64,000 nucleotides of DNA from contig DBZK01000020.1 in the NCBI GenBank assembly GCA_002311135.1, positions 16,903 through 80,902 of the forward strand. Direction: 5' to 3'. The DNA comes from Dehalococcoidia bacterium UBA1162. Its GTDB lineage: Bacteria > Chloroflexota > Dehalococcoidia > GIF9 > UBA5629. This document shows, piece by piece, positions 55,544-64,000 of the stretch. The position numbers and the translations under genes were made by a program. The notes beneath the pieces were generated by a model. That model had not been told where the DNA came from. It did no database searches and saw only the letters and a list, made by a program, of their open reading frames with translations. Position 1 is the stretch's first letter; each line of letters opens with the position of its first letter.

Positions 55544-57235
55544 CTACTTTTTTTGTTTGGCTGCTTCCTCTTCAACAAGGACACGGCGCAGTACCTTGCC
55601 AACCGCAGTCTTGGGTAGAGTTTCGCGGAATTCCACAAATCTAGGCACCTTGTAGGCCACGAGTTTCTCCCGGCAGCAGCCCTGGATATCCTCGGCCGTC
55701 GCTGACGCCCCCTCATTAAGTACAATCCACGCCTTTACTGCTTCGCCCTGTTTTGCGTCGGGGATACCGGCCACGCAGACCTCGGCAACAGGCGGGTACT
55801 TGGTTATGATCTCTTCAACCTCGCGTGGCCAAACCTGGAAGCCGCTGGGCTTGATTAGATCTTTCTTACGCGAGGTTAAAAATATATGTCCCTCTTCATC
55901 CATATAGCCGATATCGCCGGTGTAAAGCCATCCATCCCGGAGCATTTCTTTTGTTTCTTCCGGTCTGTTCCAGTAGCCAACCATTAACTGCGGCGCCTTC
56001 ATTATGATTTCGCCCTCAACACCGGGGGGCATATCGCCATCGCCAGTAGATATATCGCCTATTCTCACAACGACGTCGGGCAAAGGCAGACCCGTAGACC
56101 CCTGTTTCCATTTGCCTAAGTACGGCGTTATACAAGAAGCCATCGTAGACTCTGTAAGGCCATAGCCTTCTATCAGTCGACCACCGGTCAGATCTTCAAA
56201 CCGTTTCTTGGTTTCGGCCATGAGCGGAGCCGCACCTGAGATGCAGAATCTCATCGATTTAAAATCAACTTTTCCGGCTTTTACCCTGGGATGCTCCAAC
56301 AATGATATGAATAAGGCAGGTACGGCCGGGAAGAATGCGGGCTTATCGCGTTGAATGGTCTTAACGAGATCATCGCGATCACGGGGATTGGCCACCAGCG
56401 ATATAGGAAGATGCGCCACTATGGCGGTGGACATTATGCCGTAAGTAGCAAACGCATGGAATAATGGCATCAGCCCCATTATGACGTCCTTGTAAATGAC
56501 TGCCTGACTTCCAAACCAGGCAAAGTATTGAAGACCGGTTATAACTTGTGAATGATGGGTCCCAATTACACCCTTCGGTATACCCGTGGTTCCTCCGCTG
56601 AAAAGTATCAGCGCATAGTCTTCGGGCGATATTTTTACATCCGGACGCCTGGCTCCCGCATGTTTTCGCAGCAAATCTTGCATCCAGTAGTCGCCAGGTT
56701 GTAATTTAATATAGTGTCCTCCTTTTTTCTCCATAAGTAGCGTAAAGGCCGCTCGTGTTACGGGCGGCAGATATTCTTTGATATTGGTAGCAACGACCAA
56801 CTTGACCTTGGTGTTCGGCTGGATTTTCTTAAACTGATTATAGAAGGTGGTCAGTACCACAACTGTCTCTGCTCCACAATCCACCAGAGCATGCTCCAGC
56901 TCGGGTTCGGTATAAAGAGGATTAAGGTGCACCAGAATCCCGCCCGCTTTCCACGTCCCCCAACGGCAGATTATCGCCTGGGGACAGTTGGGCATGATTA
57001 GCGCCACTCTATCACCTTTTTTCACTCCTTTAGCCACCAGTGCGGTGGCGAATTCGTCACTCAACTTCTGCACTTCAGAATAGGAAAGTTTGCTTCCCTT
57101 AAACAAGAGCATGGGATAATCAGGATGCTCCCGGACAGCATCATCTACATAATCGATCAACGTTTTCTGCGGATAGGGTTGAAGAGAATGCGGTACACCG
57201 GCGTCGTAATTGCTTAGCCATCTGTATTGAGTCAA
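55544..57235 (-). CDS. Long-chain fatty acid-CoA ligase (AMP-binding)
   Basis: AMP-binding motif LFSGGTTGIPKGV, plus YGLTE and GDIGYMDEEG motifs. Confidence 0.9.
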   Translation of the reverse strand: MTQYRWLSNYDAGVPHSLQPYPQKTLIDYVDDAVREHPDYPMLLFKGSKLSYSEVQKLSDEFATALVAKGVKKGDRVALIMPNCPQAIICRWGTWKAGGILVHLNPLYTEPELEHALVDCGAETVVVLTTFYNQFKKIQPNTKVKLVVATNIKEYLPPVTRAAFTLLMEKKGGHYIKLQPGDYWMQDLLRKHAGARRPDVKISPEDYALILFSGGTTGIPKGVIGTHHSQVITGLQYFAWFGSQAVIYKDVIMGLMPLFHAFATYGIMSTAIVAHLPISLVANPRDRDDLVKTIQRDKPAFFPAVPALFISLLEHPRVKAGKVDFKSMRFCISGAAPLMAETKKRFEDLTGGRLIEGYGLTESTMASCITPYLGKWKQGSTGLPLPDVVVRIGDISTGDGDMPPGVEGEIIMKAPQLMVGYWNRPEETKEMLRDGWLYTGDIGYMDEEGHIFLTSRKKDLIKPSGFQVWPREVEEIITKYPPVAEVCVAGIPDAKQGEAVKAWIVLNEGASATAEDIQGCCREKLVAYKVPRFVEFRETLPKTAVGKVLRRVLVEEEAAKQKK

Positions 57236-57359
57236 GTTAAACCTCCTGATACCTCTAAATTTGTTGAATTGGCGTTCCTGAGTTTAGATAATATAATTAT
57301 TTCCTTGTTATTCCCCAAAATTACCTGGCCTTGGCCGGCGTGGCCAGTTACCTTCCGAG

Positions 57360-57569
57360 TCAAAAGGCGACCTTAGCGCCCATCTTTACCTGACTCATAC
57401 CTGCCTTTTGCCAGCCGCCGACGGGCATTCTAATATTATCCCCAAGTCCTATAAGCATATGTCCATCGATAAGACAGGACTGCATGATTGCCGGATATTG
57501 CTCTGTGCTTTGAAAATCGCCGATCCTGATTGTGCTCCGTGATGATTGCTTTTGGTTCCACAATTCCAC
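57360..57569 (-). pseudogene. Possible C-terminal remnant of a BKACE (3-keto-5-aminohexanoate cleavage, DUF849) family enzyme
   Basis: DGHMLIGLGDNI resembles the conserved GGHVRVGLEDNI block near the BKACE C-terminus. Only about 45 aa of similarity, with no upstream coding continuation. Confidence 0.3.
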
Positions 57570-57800
57570 CCTTTTACAAAATAGAATAAACCTTTGATGA
57601 ATCGATCAATATGCCACGTCAAACGTTTCTTTTATATTTGACCTCTGCCTAGACTATTTGTGAGTTAACGATAAAACATCGTTTTGGCCCAGTATTATTA
57701 CCTGGATACTTTACTATGTTAAATTGAAAGAAAACCGATAAAAAACAATGTTTCTCTATTATATTACGCTAATGCATTCAATACAGTCCATTGTCCGAAT

Positions 57801-57893
57801 TCCAATCTAACACCGGTCACCATTGAACGAACATCGGGATGTTCATCCGACCATGCGTACGATCACTCAATACCATTTTTTGTTTCAATCTAG
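57801..57893 (+). repeat. Modular repeat family, copy R6 (X-Y-Z-X, the most diverged)
   Basis: TCCAATCTAACACCGGTCACCATTGAACGAACATCGGGATGTTCATCCGACCATGCGTACGATCACTCAATACCATTTTTTGTTTCAATCTAG. Confidence 0.75.
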
Positions 57894-58111
57894 ATAACAA
57901 TGATGAAGTTTGGCTCAAATCATATATTTAGGGAAAAGAGAATAGAGATGAACGGAGACTCAAGTACAGGCTTTTTTTCACCTTTCCTTCTGTATTTTAC
58001 CTATGACCCGGCGTATCGCAAGTCCAAAAATAGAACCATAAGTCTCGTTAAAGTGAACCGTATAGCAGCAGATTTCTTTATCACAAATCCTATAAGATTA
58101 ATCCACTGAGA

Positions 58112-61100
58112 ATGGATATATTTGACGTGGCAACCGGCCCCCAGGCTAAGGGTAGTAAGGCGCATGCGGAGGCACTTGAGAGGAAGTTGAATAACGTCCT
58201 CTGTCCAGTTTCGGCCGACATAGTTATCGACAGTCTGCCGGGCTTGTTTTACATGTGCGATATGGAAGGCAAATTTGTACGCTGGAACCAAAATGATTTG
58301 AAACTGACCGGCTATACAGACGAAGAGGTACCTAGTCTGAATGCACTTGACATTATTTCACCTGAACATAGAAAGTTAGCATTGGATAAGATGCTGGAAG
58401 CATTTAATAACGGTGTCGCCATTGCAGAAATAGACATCCTAACTAAAACCGGAGAGAAGATACCACACCACGTCACAGTTAAACGTGTTTCCATAGGTGA
58501 AAAGACATATTTGGTGGGTATGGGTATAGATATCACCGATCGAAAGAAAGCCGACGAAGCGCTGGTTGAGAGTGAGGATCAACTCAAAGCCTCTCTGGAG
58601 AATGCTCCGGACGGCGTCTATATGAATGACCACAAGGGCAACTTTCTCTACGTTAACCGCAAGTGCGAGGAGATATCAGGTTACCAGCGTGAAGAGGTTA
58701 TAGGTAAAAACTTCCTGGAGGTGAATCTTATCCCTGAGAATGACCTGAGCAGGGCTGTAGAGTTGTTTCAGGATACTATTAAGGGTGGATCCACGGGTTC
58801 GGTTGCATTGGAACTCATCAGGAAGGACGGCCGCCGTATACCTATAGAAATCAGAGCCAATGTCGTGCGCTATAAAGGCCAGGCAGTCATGCTCTCCTTT
58901 GTCAGGGATATAAGCGAGCGGAAGCGGGTTGAGTCAGCCCTGCAGGAGAGCGAACAAAGCTACCGCCGGCTGGCTGATTACCATAAGCAGCTCAACGATA
59001 TTTCAATTTTATTTATAGAGGCAGCTGACAAGCAAAACCTGTTCGATAGAATTGCAGAGTCCTTCCGCCTTCTTACGGGTGCTATGGCGGCGACTTTTTC
59101 GCTTTATGATCAGCAAACCCGGGACTTGAAAGTCGTATCATTATCAATCGACCCTGTTTCCAGACAAAAAGTAGACTTCATTTTGGGACCCGATTTGTTT
59201 GAGATGCGCATGCCGATTAGTGCAGATGTTATGGAGCAAATGCTCAGTCAGGGCATTAGAAGACTAAAAGACCTGCACGAACTTTCATTCGGGGTAATAC
59301 CCCGGGATATCTCTGATGCAGCCATGGAAGCTACCGGGTGCCAACAGATAATTGGCCTGGCCATTAGTTATGCTTCAGAGCTGATTGGCGCCTGTGCAGC
59401 ATATTTGCCGGGAGATCAGCCCGTGGTGCCGGACGACGCATTAAAAACCTACGCATACATATCAGGGCTGGCGGTTAAACGCAAGCGGTCGGAGGAAACT
59501 CTGCAAAAGACCGAGAATATCTATCGCCTGCTGGCTGAAAACATGACGGACACCTTGTGGATGATGGACATGGATCTGAATATTACATGGATGAGCCCGT
59601 CAAGTGTGAAGGCAAGGGGCATGAGCCTGGACGAAATAGCTGCCATACCGCCGGATAAACAGGCCACTCCTGAATCGTTTGGAAGAGCAATGATACTCTT
59701 TGAGAAGATGCTCCGAATTGAAAGGGAAGAACGCAATCCAACTCCCGGCGCTGCTGTTTCAATGGAAATGGAGTTCTATAGCGGAGGCGGTACTACACGC
59801 TGGTTCGATTGCACATTCCAGTTCATCAGGGACAAGCAGGGAAAGGCGACGGGTATTCTTGCACAGGGAAGGGATATAACCGAGCGCAAACGGGCGGAGG
59901 AAACTCTGATAAAGACCGAGAATATCTATCGCCTGCTGGCTGAAAACATCTCCGACACCGTGTGGATGATGGACATGGATCTGAATATTACGTGGGCGAG
60001 CCCGTCAAGTGCGAAATTAAGGGGCTTCAGCATGGATGAAATACTTGCCCTGCCGCTGGACAGGCAACTGACCCCTGAGTCACTTGGAAAAGCAGTGAAC
60101 TTGTGGGGGAAATGGATGCATGTTGAGCAGAAAGGACGCACTCCAGACCCTAACGGCTCCATTTCGATAGAGTTGGAGTTCATCTGCAAAGACGGCCATA
60201 CCGTCTTGCTCGACTGCGCACTCCAGTTCATCAGGGACGAAAAGGGAAAGGCAACGGGCATTCTTGCTGCGGGAAGGGATATAACTGAGCGCAGGCAGGC
60301 AGAGCAGGTACTGCGGGAGAGTGAGGCGCAATACCGCTTACTGTCGGAGCACATGGCAGAAGGTTTATTTCTATTGGATATGAACCTTAAGATTACGTAC
60401 ATAAGCCCCTCCGTGGAAAAAATACGCGGCTTTACGCCTCTGGAGGCCATGGAAATGCCGCTAGAGAAACATATTACGCCGGAGTCGCTCAAACTGGCGT
60501 TAGAAGTGTTTTCAGAGGAGCTACCCAAGGTGGAGTCTGGCCCTAACTATAATCCCATCCCCATGTTAGAACTTGAGTATTACTGCAAGGATGGAACCAC
60601 CGCATGGGCGGAAAATAAGTTCAGTATTATACGGGACTCTAGCGGCAATCCGCTCTCCATCCTGGGCGAGATCCATGACATCACCGATCGCAGGCGGGCG
60701 GAGGAAGCGCTACGGGAGAGCGAGGCGCAGTACCGCCTGCTATCCGAACACACGACTGACACCGTATGGCTGATGGATATGAACCTTAAACCCACCTACC
60801 AGAGTCCCTCCGCGGAAAAACTGCGCGGCTACACACCTCAGGAGGTTTTGGACCTGCCGCTGGAGAAGCAAGTTGCACCCGATTCGCTCAGACTGGCGTT
60901 AAAAGTGTTTTCAGAAGAGCTACCTAAAATGAATGCTGATCCGGGCTATAATCCTGTCATCAAATTGGATATTGAGTATTTCCGCAAGGACGGCACAACC
61001 GTGTGGGCGGAAAGTAATTTCAGTCTCATACGGGACCCGAGCGGCAAGCCCATATCCATCCTGGCCGAGGCCCGGGACATCACCGAGCGCAAGCTATCTG

Positions 61101-61714
61101 AAGAAAAACTTGAAAAAAGCTACGAATCCCTCAAGAAAACCTTTAATGACGCCATCAATACCATGGTCAAAATCATGGAAATGCGAGATCCATATACTGC
61201 AGGCCATCAGCAGAAAGTAACCGCCCTGGCAACCGCCATAGCCAGAGAAATGGAATTAGTGGATACCCGAATTGATCAGCTCAAGATGGCGGCAATAATT
61301 CATGATATTGGGAAAATATATATTCCTTCTGATATACTCAGCAAGCCCGGAAAACTTAGCGACATAGAATTTAGATTGATCAAAACCCATTCCCGGAATG
61401 GCTACGATATTGTGAAAGGCATGGATTTTCCTAGTTCTGCTGCAGAGGCTATTTTGCAGCACCATGAAAGGCTGGATGGTTCGGGTTATCCTAATAATCT
61501 AAAGGATGACGATATAACCCTTGAAGCAAAAATACTGGCGGTTGCAGATGTAGTTGAAGCCATGTCTTCACACAGGCCATACCGGCCTGCATTGGGCATT
61601 GATAAGGCACTTGAGGAAATATCAAAGAACAAGGGCAAGTTATATGATCCCGATGTGGCGGATGTTTGCCTAAAGCTCTTCACCAGCGGCAAGTTCGAGT
61701 TTAAACCTGTTTGA
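58112..61714 (+). CDS. Multi-PAS / GAF sensor protein with a C-terminal HD-GYP domain (putative c-di-GMP phosphodiesterase)
   Basis: Repeated PAS modules, each followed by DIT(D/E)RK(K/R)AEE linkers. The HD-GYP domain has IHDIGKI and HHERLDGSGYP. Confidence 0.88.
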   Translation: MDIFDVATGPQAKGSKAHAEALERKLNNVLCPVSADIVIDSLPGLFYMCDMEGKFVRWNQNDLKLTGYTDEEVPSLNALDIISPEHRKLALDKMLEAFNNGVAIAEIDILTKTGEKIPHHVTVKRVSIGEKTYLVGMGIDITDRKKADEALVESEDQLKASLENAPDGVYMNDHKGNFLYVNRKCEEISGYQREEVIGKNFLEVNLIPENDLSRAVELFQDTIKGGSTGSVALELIRKDGRRIPIEIRANVVRYKGQAVMLSFVRDISERKRVESALQESEQSYRRLADYHKQLNDISILFIEAADKQNLFDRIAESFRLLTGAMAATFSLYDQQTRDLKVVSLSIDPVSRQKVDFILGPDLFEMRMPISADVMEQMLSQGIRRLKDLHELSFGVIPRDISDAAMEATGCQQIIGLAISYASELIGACAAYLPGDQPVVPDDALKTYAYISGLAVKRKRSEETLQKTENIYRLLAENMTDTLWMMDMDLNITWMSPSSVKARGMSLDEIAAIPPDKQATPESFGRAMILFEKMLRIEREERNPTPGAAVSMEMEFYSGGGTTRWFDCTFQFIRDKQGKATGILAQGRDITERKRAEETLIKTENIYRLLAENISDTVWMMDMDLNITWASPSSAKLRGFSMDEILALPLDRQLTPESLGKAVNLWGKWMHVEQKGRTPDPNGSISIELEFICKDGHTVLLDCALQFIRDEKGKATGILAAGRDITERRQAEQVLRESEAQYRLLSEHMAEGLFLLDMNLKITYISPSVEKIRGFTPLEAMEMPLEKHITPESLKLALEVFSEELPKVESGPNYNPIPMLELEYYCKDGTTAWAENKFSIIRDSSGNPLSILGEIHDITDRRRAEEALRESEAQYRLLSEHTTDTVWLMDMNLKPTYQSPSAEKLRGYTPQEVLDLPLEKQVAPDSLRLALKVFSEELPKMNADPGYNPVIKLDIEYFRKDGTTVWAESNFSLIRDPSGKPISILAEARDITERKLSEEKLEKSYESLKKTFNDAINTMVKIMEMRDPYTAGHQQKVTALATAIAREMELVDTRIDQLKMAAIIHDIGKIYIPSDILSKPGKLSDIEFRLIKTHSRNGYDIVKGMDFPSSAAEAILQHHERLDGSGYPNNLKDDDITLEAKILAVADVVEAMSSHRPYRPALGIDKALEEISKNKGKLYDPDVADVCLKLFTSGKFEFKPV

Positions 61715-61844
61715 TATCCGCTGAATGTCGGCAGGTTAACGAAATGATGCAGGCTGGATTGATATATCAGGACAGGCTGATATCCAACTGATCGCTGGCG
61801 GTAAAGATTTTATACTGCATGTTGATTCTGAAGGATGCCCTCCC

Positions 61845-62417
61845 CTATTGGTTGACTATGGTTTTCAAATCCCAATCATACCCTGCCGCTTTCTCACCCC
61901 CGGTTAGCGGCCCAAGAGAAACGACTTTTTGAGCCTGATAATATAGCTGGGCATCGCTTAACTTTAAGTTGCCGGGAACTTGGAAACACACCACTGTCTT
62001 CTTAGTTTGACCGATAGGAACGGTCAGAAGTGGTGGCTTATCCATATCTAATAGCTCTGGTATCCGATAATACTTACCCCCGGCCACGACATTCCAATGA
62101 TCGTAACCGCTAATATCCGGGTCTCTTGGTTGTTCGGTTGGTGCATTAGTTGGTGCTGGCGGTGGACCCGTGATTTCATACCCATTATTGGTGAAAACAA
62201 TATCCACGACCCAATAAGTCTCGTTATTCGGAGGGCTGTAAACTGACCCCTGCGCTCTCAGAAACCCAACTATGGTAACATGCCCACTTATATCCGCTGG
62301 GTATCGCGTTTGTCCGGTTGGCGTGTTAGTCGGAACTGACGACTGACAGCCTAAAATTAATAGGACAACGACCAAACATAGTGTAAGCGGGATAAAAGGG
62401 AAACATCGATTTTTCAT
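61845..62417 (-). CDS. Lipoprotein (190 aa), function unknown
   Basis: GGGAG plus 7 nt precedes the ATG at 62417 (the ORF opens at a TTG at 62489). Lipobox ILGC. Contains an internal PTNTPTGQ / PTNAPTEQ duplication. Confidence 0.65.
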   Translation of the reverse strand: MKNRCFPFIPLTLCLVVVLLILGCQSSVPTNTPTGQTRYPADISGHVTIVGFLRAQGSVYSPPNNETYWVVDIVFTNNGYEITGPPPAPTNAPTEQPRDPDISGYDHWNVVAGGKYYRIPELLDMDKPPLLTVPIGQTKKTVVCFQVPGNLKLSDAQLYYQAQKVVSLGPLTGGEKAAGYDWDLKTIVNQ

Positions 62418-62543
62418 CACGTCACTCCCTTCATTAAGACACAGCCAGCCCCTTGTCGTATTTGTATTATAAGATACTATGAGACTCAACCGCCATGATA
62501 CAAATCATTCGTTCAAAAAGTCAATCAACTGAGCCTTCTCACT

Positions 62544-62633
62544 ATTGAACAAACATCGGCATGTCTATCCGGCCATGCGTACGATTATTCTGTGCCATTC
62601 TTTGTTTCAATCTAAGTCTGGTCAACATCGGAC
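62544..62633 (+). repeat. Modular repeat family, copy R7 (Y-Z-X-Y')
   Basis: Reference copy of the 64-nt core: AACATCGGCATGTCTATCCGGCCATGCGTACGATTATTCTGTGCCATTCTTTGTTTCAATCTAA. Confidence 0.85.
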
Positions 62634-62779
62634 GACCAAGTGGCTGATAATCAAATCTGTCACCGATGCGCTGAACCAGTATAGGCCATTGACAAAGATA
62701 CATATTGATGAGACAATTCCGCAACTGGGTCACGCGTGATTTATATGCCTGATGCTTATGGCCGTTGTTGGGAGGTTAA

Positions 62780-64000
62780 CTGAATAAGAAGCAGTATCCC
62801 CAGATTTTGGTTTCCCTGCTGGTTTTAACCTCCTTGCTGTTATCAGGGCTGGCTATATTGCCGGGTTCGGCTATAGCGGATCTGGCGTCTACTTCCTGGC
62901 CTATGTTCCACCATGACCTGAAGCATACGGGCAGGAGCCCATATCTTGGGCCTCAGACAAACGCGGTCAAGTGGTCTTATCAAACAGGTGACTGGGTTGA
63001 ATCTTCCCCGGCTATCGGCAGCGATGGCACCATATATGTCGGCTCGGATAACGATAATCTTTATGCTATCAATTCCAATGGCACTCTGAAGTGGTCTTAT
63101 CAAACAGGTAGCTGGGTTGAATCTTCCCCGGCTATCGGCAGCGATGGCACTATTTATGTTGGTTCAATTGATGGTAACCTTTATGCTATCAATCCCAGCG
63201 GCAATCTGAAGTGGTCTTATCAAACAGGTAACATTGTAGCCTCCTCCCCAACTATCGGCAGCGATGGCACCATATATATCGAGTCATGGCCAGGTAAGCT
63301 TTATGCTATCAATCCCAACGGCACTCTGAAATGGTCAAGTAACATTGCTTGCCTTTACTCTTCACCGGCTATCGGCAGCGACGGCACTATATATGCCGGC
63401 GCATTTCATGGGTTTTATGCTTTAAATCCCGACGGCAGCCTGAAGTGGTCTTATAACACAAGTGATGAGTTTTTCTCTTCGCCGGCTGTCGGCAGCGATG
63501 GCACTATTTATGTTGGTTCAATTGATGGTAACCTTTATGCTATCAAAGATAACGGCACCAGCTCCACCCTGAAGTGGTCTTATCAAACGGGTGAGCCGGT
63601 ATTCTGTTCCCCGGCTATCGGCAGTGACGGCACGGTATATGTGGGCTCATATGACGGTAAGCTTTATGCTATTAATCCCGACGGCACTTTGAAGTGGTCT
63701 TATCAAACAGGTGACATTGTATTTTCCTCTCCGGCTATTGGCAGAAATGGCACTATTTATGTTGGTTCAGTTGACGGTAAGATTTATGCTATCAATCCCA
63801 ATGGCTCTCTGAAGTGGTCTTATCTCACAGGTAACATGCCGTTTACGGGCACTCTGAATGGATCTCTTAACACAGGTAATTCGTTCATGGGCCTTCTGAA
63901 TCAGCTTACTACCACCACGGGTAAGTCGACCCAGGGCACTTTGAGCGGGTCTTATACCGGTGTCGTCGACTCTTCCCCGTCTATTGGCAGCGATGGCACG
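62780..64000 (+). CDS. Secreted PQQ-like (BamB-type) beta-propeller repeat protein (3' end lies outside the window)
   Basis: Open frame to the window end. Signal peptide KKQYPQILVSLLVLTSLLLSGLAILPGSAIA. At least 8 repeats of LKWSYQTG....SSPAIGSDGTIYVGS.DG.LYAINP.G. An in-frame TAA at 62777 leaves CTG 62780 (4 nt after GGAGG) or a later TTG as the start. Confidence 0.8.
   Translation, partial: MNKKQYPQILVSLLVLTSLLLSGLAILPGSAIADLASTSWPMFHHDLKHTGRSPYLGPQTNAVKWSYQTGDWVESSPAIGSDGTIYVGSDNDNLYAINSNGTLKWSYQTGSWVESSPAIGSDGTIYVGSIDGNLYAINPSGNLKWSYQTGNIVASSPTIGSDGTIYIESWPGKLYAINPNGTLKWSSNIACLYSSPAIGSDGTIYAGAFHGFYALNPDGSLKWSYNTSDEFFSSPAVGSDGTIYVGSIDGNLYAIKDNGTSSTLKWSYQTGEPVFCSPAIGSDGTVYVGSYDGKLYAINPDGTLKWSYQTGDIVFSSPAIGRNGTIYVGSVDGKIYAINPNGSLKWSYLTGNMPFTGTLNGSLNTGNSFMGLLNQLTTTTGKSTQGTLSGSYTGVVDSSPSIGSDGT

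Noticed and set aside
42489-62633. Integron-style attC cassette array as the explanation for the repeat family. ATCTAAC at the end of module X fits RYYYAAC, and GTTAAT in module W loosely fits GTTRRRY.
   Set aside because: The sequence between the candidate R'' and R' boxes shows no L''/L' complementarity. GTTAATC/GTTAATT violates the RRR positions. The blocks between repeats contain genes on both strands, some with their own promoter-like motifs. No intI-like gene is in the window. The idea cannot be fully excluded without the rest of the genome.
62542-62739. ORFs 62545..62739 (+) and 62542..62733 (-)
   Set aside because: Both lie over repeat copy R7 and its flank, overlap each other on opposite strands, and lack an RBS. 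The same sequence in other copies is interrupted by stops or differs in frame.

Overview
The window reads as a bacterial chromosome segment: mid GC, GGAGG-type ribosome binding sites, many GTG/TTG starts, and 4-nt start/stop overlaps. I do not assign a taxon.

Positions 1-42.4 kb look like core genome:
- three tandem membrane proteins with C-terminal FHA domains, followed by the NHEJ pair ku and ligD
- a purF-purM-purH operon, tlyA, a site-2 protease and a CDF transporter
- a very dense set of acyl-CoA genes: family III and family I CoA-transferases, crotonase-fold proteins, a 3-hydroxyacyl-CoA dehydrogenase and a thiolase

Positions 42.4-64 kb are visibly AT-richer and patchy:
- small secreted, lipoprotein and membrane ORFs, several of them under 60 aa and missing from the ORF track
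- truncated gene remnants and a tRNA 3' fragment
- a second beta-oxidation block (thiolase, MaoC dehydratase, acyl-CoA ligase)
- a 1200-aa PAS/HD-GYP sensor and a PQQ-like beta-propeller gene

The most unusual nucleotide-level signal is a modular repeat family. All nine copies are co-oriented, and none was seen left of 42.4 kb. Its 64-nt core is nearly identical between copies and can fold into a long interrupted hairpin.

Other items worth follow-up:
- a lipoprotein that fuses a catalytically dead trypsin-like domain, two FN3 domains and a thioredoxin domain, translationally coupled to a crotonase gene
- a tandem-fused family III CoA-transferase whose second half lacks the catalytic Asp
- two unannotated desulforedoxin-like mini-ORFs
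- a low-GC orphan P-loop ATPase insertion
- a promoter-like motif shared by three island genes

Every call rests on motif recognition and hand alignment inside this window. No database search was run.
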